This document shows positions 1 through 10,189 of a stretch of DNA of 52,406 nucleotides, piece after piece. The notes beneath the pieces are model-generated. The model was given only the letters and a program-made list of their open reading frames with translations, had not been told where the DNA came from and ran no database searches. The DNA is taken from contig NC_068993.1 of the NCBI RefSeq assembly GCF_001194135.2, positions 27,527,736 to 27,580,141 on the forward strand, given 5' to 3'. The position numbers and the translations under genes were made by a program. Within the stretch, counting starts at the first letter, position 1. Every line of letters begins with the position of its first letter. This DNA is from Octopus bimaculoides (lineage: Eukaryota).

Positions 1-303
1 TCGAAAAAAAATATAATCTGAAAATGCTATATCAGGAAAATATGGTGGGTGTGGCAGAACTTGCCAATCGAGACTTTGAATAGTATTTTTAATCAAATTT
101 GTCGGTGGGGTCGTTTCAATTGAATTACTTCAGTGGACCGTATTCATTGAGTGATTGTGACGAATGATTCTCCTTGAAGTATGAAAATCATAGTGCCTTC
201 TCCGTACAAATATCTCGAGTTGTTTTGGCAGCTTTGAAACCTTGATTGAAAGTAAAGATAAACAGGTGTTGAAAATGCTCATTTTTGGTACTTGGGTCTC
301 CAT
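1..303 (-). mobile_element. Internally deleted mariner transposase remnant
   Basis: Minus-strand translation gives an N-terminal METQV/KNEHFQHLFIFTFNQGFKAAKTTRDIC (one frameshift) and, within 300 bp, QSLDWQVLPHPPYFPDIAFSDYIFFR, a variant of the mariner YSPDLAPSDY motif. Confidence 0.8.
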
Positions 304-357
304 CATCATGTGTCTGAAAAAAAGGTAAAATTTATTGCTGCAGTAGATATTTGTCTT

Positions 358-420
358 TCATGCTTAACGATATTTCACCCGTCACTATATTCTGAGTTTA
401 AATTCCGCCGAGGTCGACTT
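358..420 (+). mobile_element. SINE core fragment
   Basis: ttctgagtttaaattccgccgaggtcgactt matches the central part of the SINE copies at 8325, 38819 and 44087. Confidence 0.65.
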
Positions 421-528
421 ATATAATGTATATAACACATTTATATGTTATATACATTTATTGAGCATCAAAATAATACATTCCTTGCGCACGTTCTCTT
501 GTTTGTTATCGTTAATTTTATTGTTCGT

Positions 529-3500
529 TTACATGAATTGAGTACACACTAATGCCTCAGTGGGCCCTTTTAAGTCTCCTTTCTGCAGCCACTGCCAGGT
601 TCTATTCCAATCAATCTCATCTTTATTCTTCAAGAACTGACTGCCAAAATTTTTTCCTCTTCTCCACCTACTCTCTGTGTGGTCTTTCTTAAATTGTGTT
701 GGATCTACAGCTTCGTTCAATTTTAAGGTTCCTTGCATTTTCACTGCTTCAATTATTTCTTTACTTCCCTTGCCATACAAAGCCAGGCTATTCTCTTCTC
801 CTAAACAACCTTCACAACACACTAATCCACCTTCTTTCCTCTTTACATACAATCTTGACACATAACTCTTGGGGTGTAGTTCTTTCTCCATTGTCATTAA
901 TTTACCTGTTCTCCGCTCTCTCTTGTAATTCATGTTTCTTCCAAGATACTCTTCCTGCCCCATATCTCATCAAAGCAACCGTCCACGTGTTAATTGCTCT
1001 AATCCTATAGCGGCCATTTAGCTTCGATTGGTGCACAAGCCGAGTTCTCCTCAAATACTCTTTCCTGTACATTTCTTTCATCTTGCGTTCATTCATCTTA
1101 TCTCTTTCAATGATACCCATGTACTTATATCCTTCCTCTCCGACTTCCTTTAAAATTTCACCACTTTCCAGCTTGATCCCATGGCTTTTACGGATTTTCC
1201 CCCTTTTGAGAACCATTTCTTGATTCCAAATTTTATGCTAATACCTTTGCTTAAACGTCTGCACAGTTGCCATCAAACTCTCAGTTTCTTTCTCAGTTTT
1301 ATCGAATAGCTTCAGGTCATCCATAAACCACTGGTTGTTTACTTTCACCTTACCTAGTATGTACCCCACACGCATCTTTCTTAAAACGCTCGTTAGTGCC
1401 AGTATACAGACAGGAGAGGCGACAGACTGTCCCCTTGAAAGATTCCGCTTTTGATATTCACCTTTCCCAGTTAAACTCCCCATACCGTGAGTTCAATTCG
1501 CCACGTTGTCATTGAGTTTTGTATTAAGTTCATGATATTGTGGGAGATCTTAAGCAGTTTAAGGTGTTCAATAATTCACGAATATGGGATCATGTCACAT
1601 GGTTTCCTGTAGTTCACCCATGCCATCGCCAATTTTTTGTGTCTCTTCTTGCAGTCAACCAGGATAGTCTTATCGATTAGTAATTGATTCTTCGGTCCTC
1701 TACTCTTACGTCTATACCCTTTTCTTTCCACTGGTAGTAAGTCGTTCTCATCTAGGTACTTACAGATGCTGTTTGATATGATGCCCGACTTCAGTTTCCA
1801 CATCAGTGGCTAACAATATATTGGAAATTTCCATCCGAATTCCCTTTACTTGGATTCTTCTGTCATCCAGGCCGGTACTTGGATGTCACTGCTCAGTATT
1901 TCGTCCATCTGTCTCGCAATTCTCTTGTGCAGAGCTCTCAAGTTTTATACCAAAAGCCCTGAAACCCATCTTGGCCAGGCGCTTTCCAGTTAGGAATTTT
2001 CCTGCACTGATCTATAATCATCTCGGTTATTCTCAAATCCTCCTGCTAATACTCTTCACTCTCCTCTTTGAGTTCCTTTAACCACTCAGTTTCAGTTTCG
2101 TGTTATTTCTCTTGAGACCATATGTTTGACCAAAATCTTTAGCTTTCTTCAGCACCCAGCATGGCTTTTTCACCTTTTACTTTTCTATCTGGTTCCTGAT
2201 AGACTCGTTTCTGATTTTGTTCGAGGAGTCTGTTTAATCTGTACTGCTCAATTCTCTGTTCATATCACTTTTGTTTATGAGCTTTAGCTTTCAACCTCTG
2301 TTTTAATTCATCAATAACAACATTGGTTACCTTTCTCTTCACCCTACACTTCCTCTCTAGCTCAAAATATTTCTCTCGCCGAACTTCATTTCTCATTTTC
2401 CGTTCCAGAATATTAATATGCTTTCTGATCTCGTTAATAGACTGCGTTATTCTCCTTTTCCACCATGGGTCCTTCAGGTTATGTTGACATTTACCTTTGG
2501 CTTTCAAACCTAACTTCCGGGTTATAAATATTGAGATTGCATTTATCAGATTGTTGATGTCTGTGATGTCAGTCTTTATATCACCAGTGATATCATTTAT
2601 CTTTCTGACCCATTTATTGAGTTTCTTTCTATCTACTTTTTTAAAATCCCATATGAAAGCTTTGTTCACCAGAGATCCAAATATCAATGATTTCATTTAA
2701 AATGGATATCTGTTCCTCAGTTCTCTCATCGCTTTCCTGATCAATAGTCTCAGCTTCATGCTCGTTTTCTTCCTTTAACTCCACTGCCATAGTTTCACTA
2801 TCTGCATCCTTTTCCTCGTCCTTCCATTCACCGCTGGTCTTACTATCCCTAAGCACCAGCCTCTTAATGCTTTCTAGTTCAACTGGAGATAACCATTCAT
2901 TCTTTCTAATGGCTCTAGCTTGGTCACACAGATTTTGTTCACTTAATTCCGATAGGCCTCTGTTGCGCCATGCCCTGTACATTCTTTTCATATATCCCCT
3001 AGCGGATACTTCATCATCATTTCTCGGATTACCCAGAAAGTAGCATTCCATTACAACCACACTCATTTCTTTCGTCCACCTTCTTTTAGCAGTTACTTGA
3101 TGACGACTGGGCCCACGCTGCTCACTCGTGGGGCATCTGTCGGGCACCCGCCAGGCGAGAGACCTTCACAAGGAGTTCCAACCTCATTCACGCCGTTCTC
3201 ATTTCTATTTTCATTTCACATTTCAGCACTCATGATGCGGGTTAGTGAATTTTAGGTTGCACAACCACCAGTATTTTTTTTACCCGTGAAACCATCACTG
3301 ACAGGATCTCCACCCTAGGATATAGGATTCCTGAAATCTGGTTTAATTTTTGGAGTTTCCGTCTCCTAGAAGGGGTGTTCAAGCGTTATGATTGCTTCTG
3401 CCTCTTAGGGATATGATATTTTGGTGGCTGTTGCCTCGTAAAAGTTCATTAGCCTTATACGGGTCTTGTTTTACTTCCCATAGGGTGTCAAAATAGCAAG
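529..3500 (-). mobile_element. Decayed R4/Dong-clade non-LTR retrotransposon (N-terminal region plus RT, 3'-truncated)
   Basis: Collinear broken ORFs: 2641-3147 (RRWTKEMSVVVMECY...EQNLCDQARAIRKNEWLS), 2265-2696 (DPWWKRRI), 1576-1803 ([20 protein letters not shown]...[14 protein letters not shown]), 1238-1483 (FMDDLKLF), 902-1216 (YKYMG...AINTWTVALMRYGAG) and 529-963 (SRLYVKRKEGG...LKGPTEALVC). The 5' UTR extent is approximate. Confidence 0.9.
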
Positions 3501-3708
3501 AAACATACACCCTCCTCACAGAGCAAGCTCTGCGGGGTTGTCGGTTAAGTCGCCAACATGCCGACCGTAAAGAAATTTAAAAAATTGCCTCACTCCCAGT
3601 TTGAATACGGGGAAGAGGTGGTTGGGGTCGGGGGTTGGTCGCATCGGCCTCATGGAAAAGCGGTCTTTTCATTACAGTAGCTAGATAGGAATATTTTGAG
3701 TAGATTAA

Positions 3709-4673
3709 GGATATTTTCCCTTTGGCCGGCACATTTAAAAAATAATTTTTTTGTAACTAAGCACTTTCAAAATTCGTATACTGGTAGAATGTGTCACATA
3801 AAACGTCATTTACTCTTGGCGTTTTTGAGAAAATTGTGTATCTTCGAAGTTATTTCGTGTTAAAGTTGTTGTCGTATTTCGGTAATTTCAACCAATCATT
3901 GACGTCTATTGATGTGAAAATAATTACTACTGTTGTTTGTCAACAACAACTTCCGGCGGTGTATATTTCGTTTGTCACTGTTATATATGACATACTTCAT
4001 CTCAGTTACGTTTGTATAAATAAACGAGTGTATCTGAAGCATGTTTACTTCATGGCACCACCACAATCGTTCGTGCATTTCCACTGCTTTTAGTCTTTTT
4101 TTTTTCCTGTTTTTCAGCTTCTATTTTCGGAAAGGCATTTTCCCCCTCCTCTCCAATTTCTTCATTTTTCCGTAACTCTAACCCTAAAATCCCAGCCCTA
4201 ACCCTAAAACCCCAACCCTAAAACTCTAATCCTAAAACCTTAATCCTAACCTAACCCTAACTCTAAAACCCTATCCCTAACCCTAAAACCTAACCCTAAC
4301 TCTAAAACTCTATCCCTAACCCTAAAACCCTAACCCTGACCCTGAAACACTAACTCTAAAACCCTAAAGCTAAAACCAGTACAAACGCACGGATGATGTC
4401 GTAAATAACAGTGACAAACGAAATATACACCGCCGATAGTTATTGTTGACAAACAACGGCAGTAATTTTATTTAGCTGAATACATGTCATTGATTGGTTG
4501 AAATTACCGAAATACGACAACTTTAACACGAAATAACTTTAAAATATAAACTTTTCTCAACAACATTGAGAGTAAAAGATGTTTTATATGACACATTCTA
4601 CCAGTGTCCGAAGTTTGAAAGTGTTTAGTTACAAAACTAATTTCTCGATGTGCCGTTCAAAGGGAAAAGATCC
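3709..4673. mobile_element. Foldback/MITE-like element with about 300-bp inverted arms and an internal degenerate (CCCTAA)n tract
   Basis: Ends are ggatattttccc.. and ..gggaaaagatcc. 3709-4020 is the approximate reverse complement of 4378-4673, and a ccctaa-rich array lies at about 4175-4375. Confidence 0.85.
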
Positions 4674-4750
4674 AAGATGAACAAAAAAAAAAGAAAGAAA
4701 AAAGGAAAGAGGAAGAGTAAATCTGTAAATAACTTTCTTTTGCGTTATAC

Positions 4751-5330
4751 NNNNNNNNNNNNNNNNNNNNNNNNNNNNNNNNNNNNNNNNNNNNNNNNNN
4801 NNNNNNNNNNNNNNNNNNNNNNNNNNNNNNNNNNNNNNNNNNNNNNNNNNNNNNNNNNNNNNNNNNNNNNNNNNNNNNNNNNNNNNNNNNNNNNNNNNNN
4901 NNNNNNNNNNNNNNNNNNNNNNNNNNNNNNNNNNNNNNNNNNNNNNNNNNNNNNNNNNNNNNNNNNNNNNNNNNNNNNNNNNNNNNNNNNNNNNNNNNNN
5001 NNNNNNNNNNNNNNNNNNNNNNNNNNNNNNNNNNNNNNNNNNNNNNNNNNNNNNNNNNNNNNNNNNNNNNNNNNNNNNNNNNNNNNNNNNNNNNNNNNNN
5101 NNNNNNNNNNNNNNNNNNNNNNNNNNNNNNNNNNNNNNNNNNNNNNNNNNNNNNNNNNNNNNNNNNNNNNNNNNNNNNNNNNNNNNNNNNNNNNNNNNNN
5201 NNNNNNNNNNNNNNNNNNNNNNNNNNNNNNNNNNNNNNNNNNNNNNNNNNNNNNNNNNNNNNNNNNNNNNNNNNNNNNNNNNNNNNNNNNNNNNNNNNNN
5301 NNNNNNNNNNNNNNNNNNNNNNNNNNNNNN
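4751..5330. other. Assembly gap (other gaps: 14776-15508, 32413-32830, 36265-36419, 50008-50017)
   Basis: Runs of N. ORF-track entries spanning them are artefacts. Confidence 1.
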
Positions 5331-6280
5331 AGCGGAAGAGGAAAATTTTATCTAACTTTCTTTGGCGTTGTACTGCTCTGCCTTATGCAAAGAGGTCTTT
5401 TCATTTGCAGTAGCTAGATAGCAAAATTTGGAAAAGATAAGCTCAAATAAAAAAAAAGAAAAGAAAAGAGGACAAGGAAATTTTTAAGTAACTTTCTTTG
5501 ATGTTTTACTGTTCGGCCGTATTGTAAAGCGATTTTTGTTTTGCAGTAGCTAAATTTTTGGAGTAGCTAGATTTTTTTGCAGTAGCTAGATTTTTGGAGA
5601 AGATACACAAAAAAAAAGAAAGAAAAAAGAGGACAAGGAAATTTTTAGTAACTTTCTTTAGTGTTGTACTGCTCGGCGTCATGGCAAAGCGGTCTTTTCA
5701 TTGCAGTAGCTAGATAGGAATATTTGGAGAAGATAAACAATAAAAAGAAAAGAGGAATAGGAAATTTTTAAGTAACTATCTGTGGCGTTGTACTGCTCGG
5801 CCTCATGGCAAAGCAGTCTTTTTATTGCAGTATCGAGATAGGAATATTTAGAAAAGATAAACAAAAACAAAAAAAAAGCAGAAAAAAAGAAAAGAGGACG
5901 AGGAAATTTTTAACTAACTTTTTGGAGAAGATAAACAATAAAAAGAAAAGTGGAATAGCAAGTTTTAAATAACTTTCTTCGGCGTTGTACTGCCCGGCCT
6001 CATGGCAAAGCGGTCTTTTTATTGCGGTATCGAGATAGGAATATTTGGAGATGATAAACAAAAAAAAGACAAACAAAAAAAGAAAAGGGGGAAAAGAAAA
6101 AAGTAAAGAGAAATTTTTAAGTAACATTCTTTATCGATGGCGGTGATCGTGTTTTCAGTCATGTTTGCTTGTTTGTCCATGGACAAGATATCTCAAGAAC
6201 CGCTGGATGGATTCGGATGAAACTTTCAGGGACGTTTGGCCTCGTGACTATTTGGCACGAACTGATTAGATTTTGGGATC

Positions 6281-7942
6281 TGTTTTTTTATTACCCATGC
6301 GGGTTAACATAGAGGGGACAGAATAAAACATGTGGGACATAAAACATATATAAAAAAACAGAAATGAATGTTATGATGTATGAAAACATGAATATGATAA
6401 AATGGAAATGGAACCACTCGCCCCACCCACGAGTGGCCCCATTTTCTATCTTTTAAATCCTGAACCCTCTAACACATCGATACCTGTTTCCTCCAAAAAC
6501 TTATCGTATGTTGTAAGGCCTGGGAATGAGCTCCAGCTGCAGTCCACCTCCCAAAAACAAAATCCAACCATATATTCTTGTATTTTTTGCTCTTGCTTCT
6601 TATCTGGTATTACACACATGTGATGCTCCTCAACGTTATCATACCCCGTAGTTACAATACACTTTATGTCCCATTCCACCGAATCCCTTAACAGTTCGTC
6701 GCTAAGCAACATATAAATCCTACACTTTTTCCTTCTCTTTTTTGACTTGGGGGAGGGGTTTTGGGTTTCTTTGTATGTGTTTGCCTCTTGTTTTTGTGTC
6801 GGATGGGAATGGATAGGCTTAGTGTCTGCAGGGAGTGGGTGGGTCTGAGAGGGTGTGGAATGAGGTTTACAGTTTAGTTCACTTGCCTTTTTCCTTTTTC
6901 TTCCTGTTACATTTTCCCATTTATTTTTCTCTATTTCCGCTACTTCCTTTTCTTTTTCGGTTACTTCCTTTCTGCTGGTCTTTTCTATCTCCTCTTCCAT
7001 ATTCTCTGGTCGTTTTTCCTCTGGTTTTCTTGGTTTTGACGTACAATCTGCTCTTATGTGTCCCTTCAGGCCACATTTAAAGCAGCGTGGAACTCTTCTT
7101 TCTACCCTGACAGTCATAATTGTTTCTTCCATGGTTATTGTTTCTGTAATCTTTTCTATTGTTTCTTTTGAACCTTGGACCACCATCCCCAGTTGTTGAC
7201 CTCTCCAGTTGTTGACCTCTCCAGTTAACGTACTCTTTTTTCTTGGCCTGGAGCACTACTATGCTGTCCTCATTACCACAGAGGACCGCATCTGCCACCC
7301 AGGTCACATCAATCTCCGGTGGAATTCCTTCAGCCGTGACCCTTGTTGCTCTCATGCCTCTATACGTGGGCAACAGCACCACTTCTTCGTTCGAATTGTC
7401 GACGCTTCATGTTTCCTTGCTGCTGCTGCATTACGAAACCTCACTTCTACAGTTCCAAACGTTGAACCTCTAGTCAGGTATATTATATCGTCCCAAATCT
7501 GCCTTAGCGCCTTTTCTACTTGTTCTGTCGTGACGACATCAATTTTTCCTTTATTTATCGTAAAGGTTCGATAGTTTATAGTTTTCTCCCTTATTCCGTT
7601 TTCAACCTCTTGCGGGGGCGACAGCTTCATTTCGAACCCATCTCGAATCATTTATCCTTTGTGTCTTCCTAATTCTTCGATATTCACTTCTGTCTCCTTA
7701 CACCTTGCTGCATCAGCAAAATTCCTCTTCTCTGTTCTCAGTTTTTGGTCCATTGTCTTAACTGCCTCTAGCAACTCCTCATCGGACGATGATATGTCTG
7801 AATAACTGCCTTCAGACATTCTTCAGCCAGCCGTCTACTCTCTTACGAGAAGAGAAAGCACAAACAAAACACACGTAAACACCCAAACCGCTGCAAAGCA
7901 GCACAAAAAATTATTCAAAAATCACCAACACAAAATTACAAC
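6281..7942 (-). mobile_element. ORF1-only (HAL1-like) non-LTR retroposon with a 28-bp TSD and short poly(A)
   Basis: tggcacg(a/c)actgattagattttg(g/a)gatc is duplicated at 6253-6280 and 7943-7970. The minus-strand 3' end is gggtaataaaaaaaca. There is a single broken ORF1 and no ORF2. Confidence 0.75.
6446..7819 (-). pseudogene. LINE ORF1-like protein (RRM-like region, CCHC knuckle, C-terminal extension) with one stop and frameshifts
   Basis: ATG at 7819 is in frame with ORF 7352-7651 across one TAA, then continues through ORFs 7077-7382 and 6446-7186. It contains CFKCGLKGHIRADC. Confidence 0.8.
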
Positions 7943-8172
7943 TGGCACGCACTGATTAGATTTTGAGATCGATCCCATACCGGACAAGGATTCTGAATTA
8001 TTTTTCTGTTCATTTTTCTTAATCTTTTAGAGCGGTCGGGTTCATTTTTAGTATTCTCGTTTGTGAGAGCAGTCGAGTTTATTTCAGGTATTCTCATTTC
8101 AAAAATCACCTCTGGCTAATCATTGAGAGGACGTTGGTGTTGCTTTGGCGGAGGTTTGCGCTCTCTGATTGG

Positions 8173-8189
8173 TCTTGTTGTTGTTGTTG

Positions 8190-8284
<95 letters not shown>

Positions 8285-8312
8285 GTTGTTGTTGTTGTTG
8301 TTGTTGTTGTTT
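8173..8312. repeat. (GTT)n(ATT)n(GTT)n microsatellite
   Basis: Directly visible. It is the source of the poly-I/Y/L ORFs. Confidence 0.98.
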
Positions 8313-8324
8313 TTGCTGTTATTA

Positions 8325-8540
8325 AAGGCGGTGAGCTGGCAGAATCGTTAGCACGCCGGGCGAAATGCATAACGGTATTTCGCCCGTCACTACATTCTGA
8401 GTTCAAATTCCGCCGAGGTTGACTTTACCTTTCATCTTTTCGGAGTCGATAAATAAAGTACCATTTGTGTACTGGGATTGATCTAATCGACAGGACCCTT
8501 CCCCAAAAAGTTCAGGCCTTGTGCCTATAGTAGAAAGGAA
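8325..8540 (+). mobile_element. tRNA-like/CORE-type SINE
   Basis: Head aaggcggtgagctggcagaatcgttagc, B-box-like gagttcaaatt, core ccgccgaggttgacttt..ttcatc..gtcgataaat. The same family occurs at 28104, 38819 and 44087. Confidence 0.85.
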
Positions 8541-8792
8541 TATTATTTTATGTTTGACTTTAGCTTTACATTTGTACAAGTTGGCTCCAAGTCTCACCAA
8601 GAGACCTCAAGAGACAACAAGTTAGTTCATGTTGGTATTATGCCTAGGGTGCCATATATTTGGTTTTGTACATAGTGTTGTTCTAGAGAATGTTTAAGAA
8701 ACCATAAGAAAATTATGTTTGTTTTAAAATTTGAGATTACATTGAAAGTATTTTGCGTAGGATATGGGCAGTTCTCATGAGCACTATCTTTT
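8541..8792 (-). mobile_element. 5'-truncated Dong-like LINE 3' end
   Basis: Minus strand reads QKIVLMRTAHILRKILSM* followed by a 3' UTR ending gtcaaacataaaataat. It abuts (TAA)n on its 5' side. Confidence 0.7.
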
Positions 8793-8794
8793 GA

Positions 8795-8865
<71 letters not shown>

Positions 8866-8884
8866 CATCATCATCACCATCATT
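8793..8884. repeat. (ATT)n(ATC)n microsatellite
   Basis: Directly visible. Confidence 0.98.
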
Positions 8885-9300
8885 TTATTGTCTTTGCACA
8901 GCTTCTATCGCTGGAGATGTACTGCGGTGTCAGTCGTTCACTTATTTTTTGAGCACCATCCGAGTGTTCGAGCGGTTCCAAGGAGTGCTGTTTTCTGCAA
9001 GTGCTCCACCATTATTGCAGCCCCTATTTGTTCCATGTACTTCTCAAGATTTTTACTCACTCTTCACAGGGCTCCAGCAATTATTGGTACTACTACCACC
9101 TTTTTCAGCGACCACAACTGCTTAACCTCCCAAGCTAACCTGCTGTATTTATCGACTTTTCTTTCTACCTTGTTGTCAGCTGGGCATGCTATATCTATGA
9201 TCCAGCATAGTTTGCTTTCCTTTCTCAATTAAGACGATGTCTGGTTTCCTCATGGTCGCACTGAATCATAAAATCCCATAGGAAATTTGCATTATCATTT
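8885..9300 (-). mobile_element. R4/Dong-like LINE 3' fragment with REL endonuclease
   Basis: Minus-strand pieces: LWDFMIQCDH, KPDIV..LCWIIDIACPADNKVEEKVDKY, VVVVPIIAGAL, HLQKTALLGTARTL (PD-(D/E)xK type). Confidence 0.85.
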
Positions 9301-9311
9301 TCGATGATGCC

Positions 9312-9437
9312 TTTTTATTATTATTTTATGTTTGACTTTTGTTTTGCATTTGTACAAGTTGGATCCAAGTCTCACCCAGAGACCTCAAGAGACAACAATT
9401 TAGAAGTTCATGTAGGTGTTATGCCTAGGGTACCATA

Positions 9438-9440
<3 letters not shown>
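9312..9440 (-). mobile_element. Dong-like LINE 3' UTR-only insertion
   Basis: Near-identical to 8541-8660 and flanked by (TAA)n on both sides (long tract at 9438-9520). Confidence 0.7.
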
Positions 9441-9515
<75 letters not shown>

Positions 9516-10189
9516 CATTATAGCTGTCAGCCAGGCAAGCTACGCTTGACGTCTCTCTGTTAATTTTATAAGGAAAAAAACACATAATTGTGTATTTGCA
9601 CCCTTCAAGTTTATACCATTGTGGACAACAAGTTATTTGCTGTCGAGTAGTGAGTTTATTTTCCTGTTCTGTCCCCCAGTTTTGGGAGACAGGTCAATTG
9701 ATTTTGTTTTTTCTTAATCACAGTCGTTTGCGTTTTCCCCACCATCATGGATAAAACACAAAGCACGGTGACGCTCATATGTAAAAGAAGGGGAGAGAGT
9801 GAGGACCGTCACTAAACGTCAATGAGAAAGAGTGCATGCATGCGAAGCCACTTGGGGCTCAAAAACAAAACGGACGATAGCTATATTTTCGTCGGAGAAA
9901 AGGATTAAAAGGCCAACGGAGCCAATTTTTTCAAGAAGGATCTCTTAGAAGATCTTCGGAAAAGCAAAGGCTCCGTTTTTGACAACGTTTCGAAATAAAT
10001 ACAACAATTCCGAAAATATAAGCAATGAGATTCCTTTCGTGAGCGAAGCAACGATCGAGTTCAGCACAAGTAACAACAGCAGCAGCAACAACATCAGCAG
10101 CACCATCAACCACCACAACAATGACAATAACAGAGGTGACGATAACAGCAACAAAAAAAAAACGGCAGCAACAAAAGCAACAACAACAA

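Larger units (their letters stand above)
3640..6130. repeat. Minisatellite with a unit of about 120 bp, interrupted by a foldback element and a gap
   Basis: The unit gcggtcttttcattgcagtagctagataggaatatttggagaagataaac...gaaatttttaagtaactttc...gcgttgtactgctcggcctcatggcaaa recurs near 3650, 4674-4750 and several times in 5331-6130. Confidence 0.85.
6140..8172 (+). mobile_element. Non-autonomous Helitron/Helentron-like repeat split in two (6140-6280 and 7943-8172) by a retroposon insertion
   Basis: The left part (tttgcttgtttgtccatggacaagatatctcaagaaccgctggatggattcggatgaaacttt) continues in the right part, which ends ctttggcggaggtttgcgctctctg, a terminal motif I recognise from HINE-like repeats. 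The family assignment is from memory. Confidence 0.55.

Noticed and set aside
3330-3400. tctaggagacggaaactcc motif on the minus strand as an HDV-like ribozyme of the R4-like element
   Set aside because: It recalls LINE 5' UTR motifs, but I could not fold a double pseudoknot by eye; a covariance-model search is needed.
4175-4375. CCCTAA tract as a true telomere or chromosome end
   Set aside because: Short, degenerate and embedded in an interspersed foldback family.
4650-5417. Long ORFs spanning N runs (also 14699-15589, 32359-32868, 36048-36586)
   Set aside because: Open only because N codons are not stops.
3640-6130. Regularly spaced repeats suggestive of CRISPR
   Set aside because: Eukaryotic context, whole-unit tandem repeats with no unique spacers, and no cas genes.
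8116-8952. Poly-I/Y/L/T ORFs
   Set aside because: Translations of (ATT)n and (GTT)n microsatellites.
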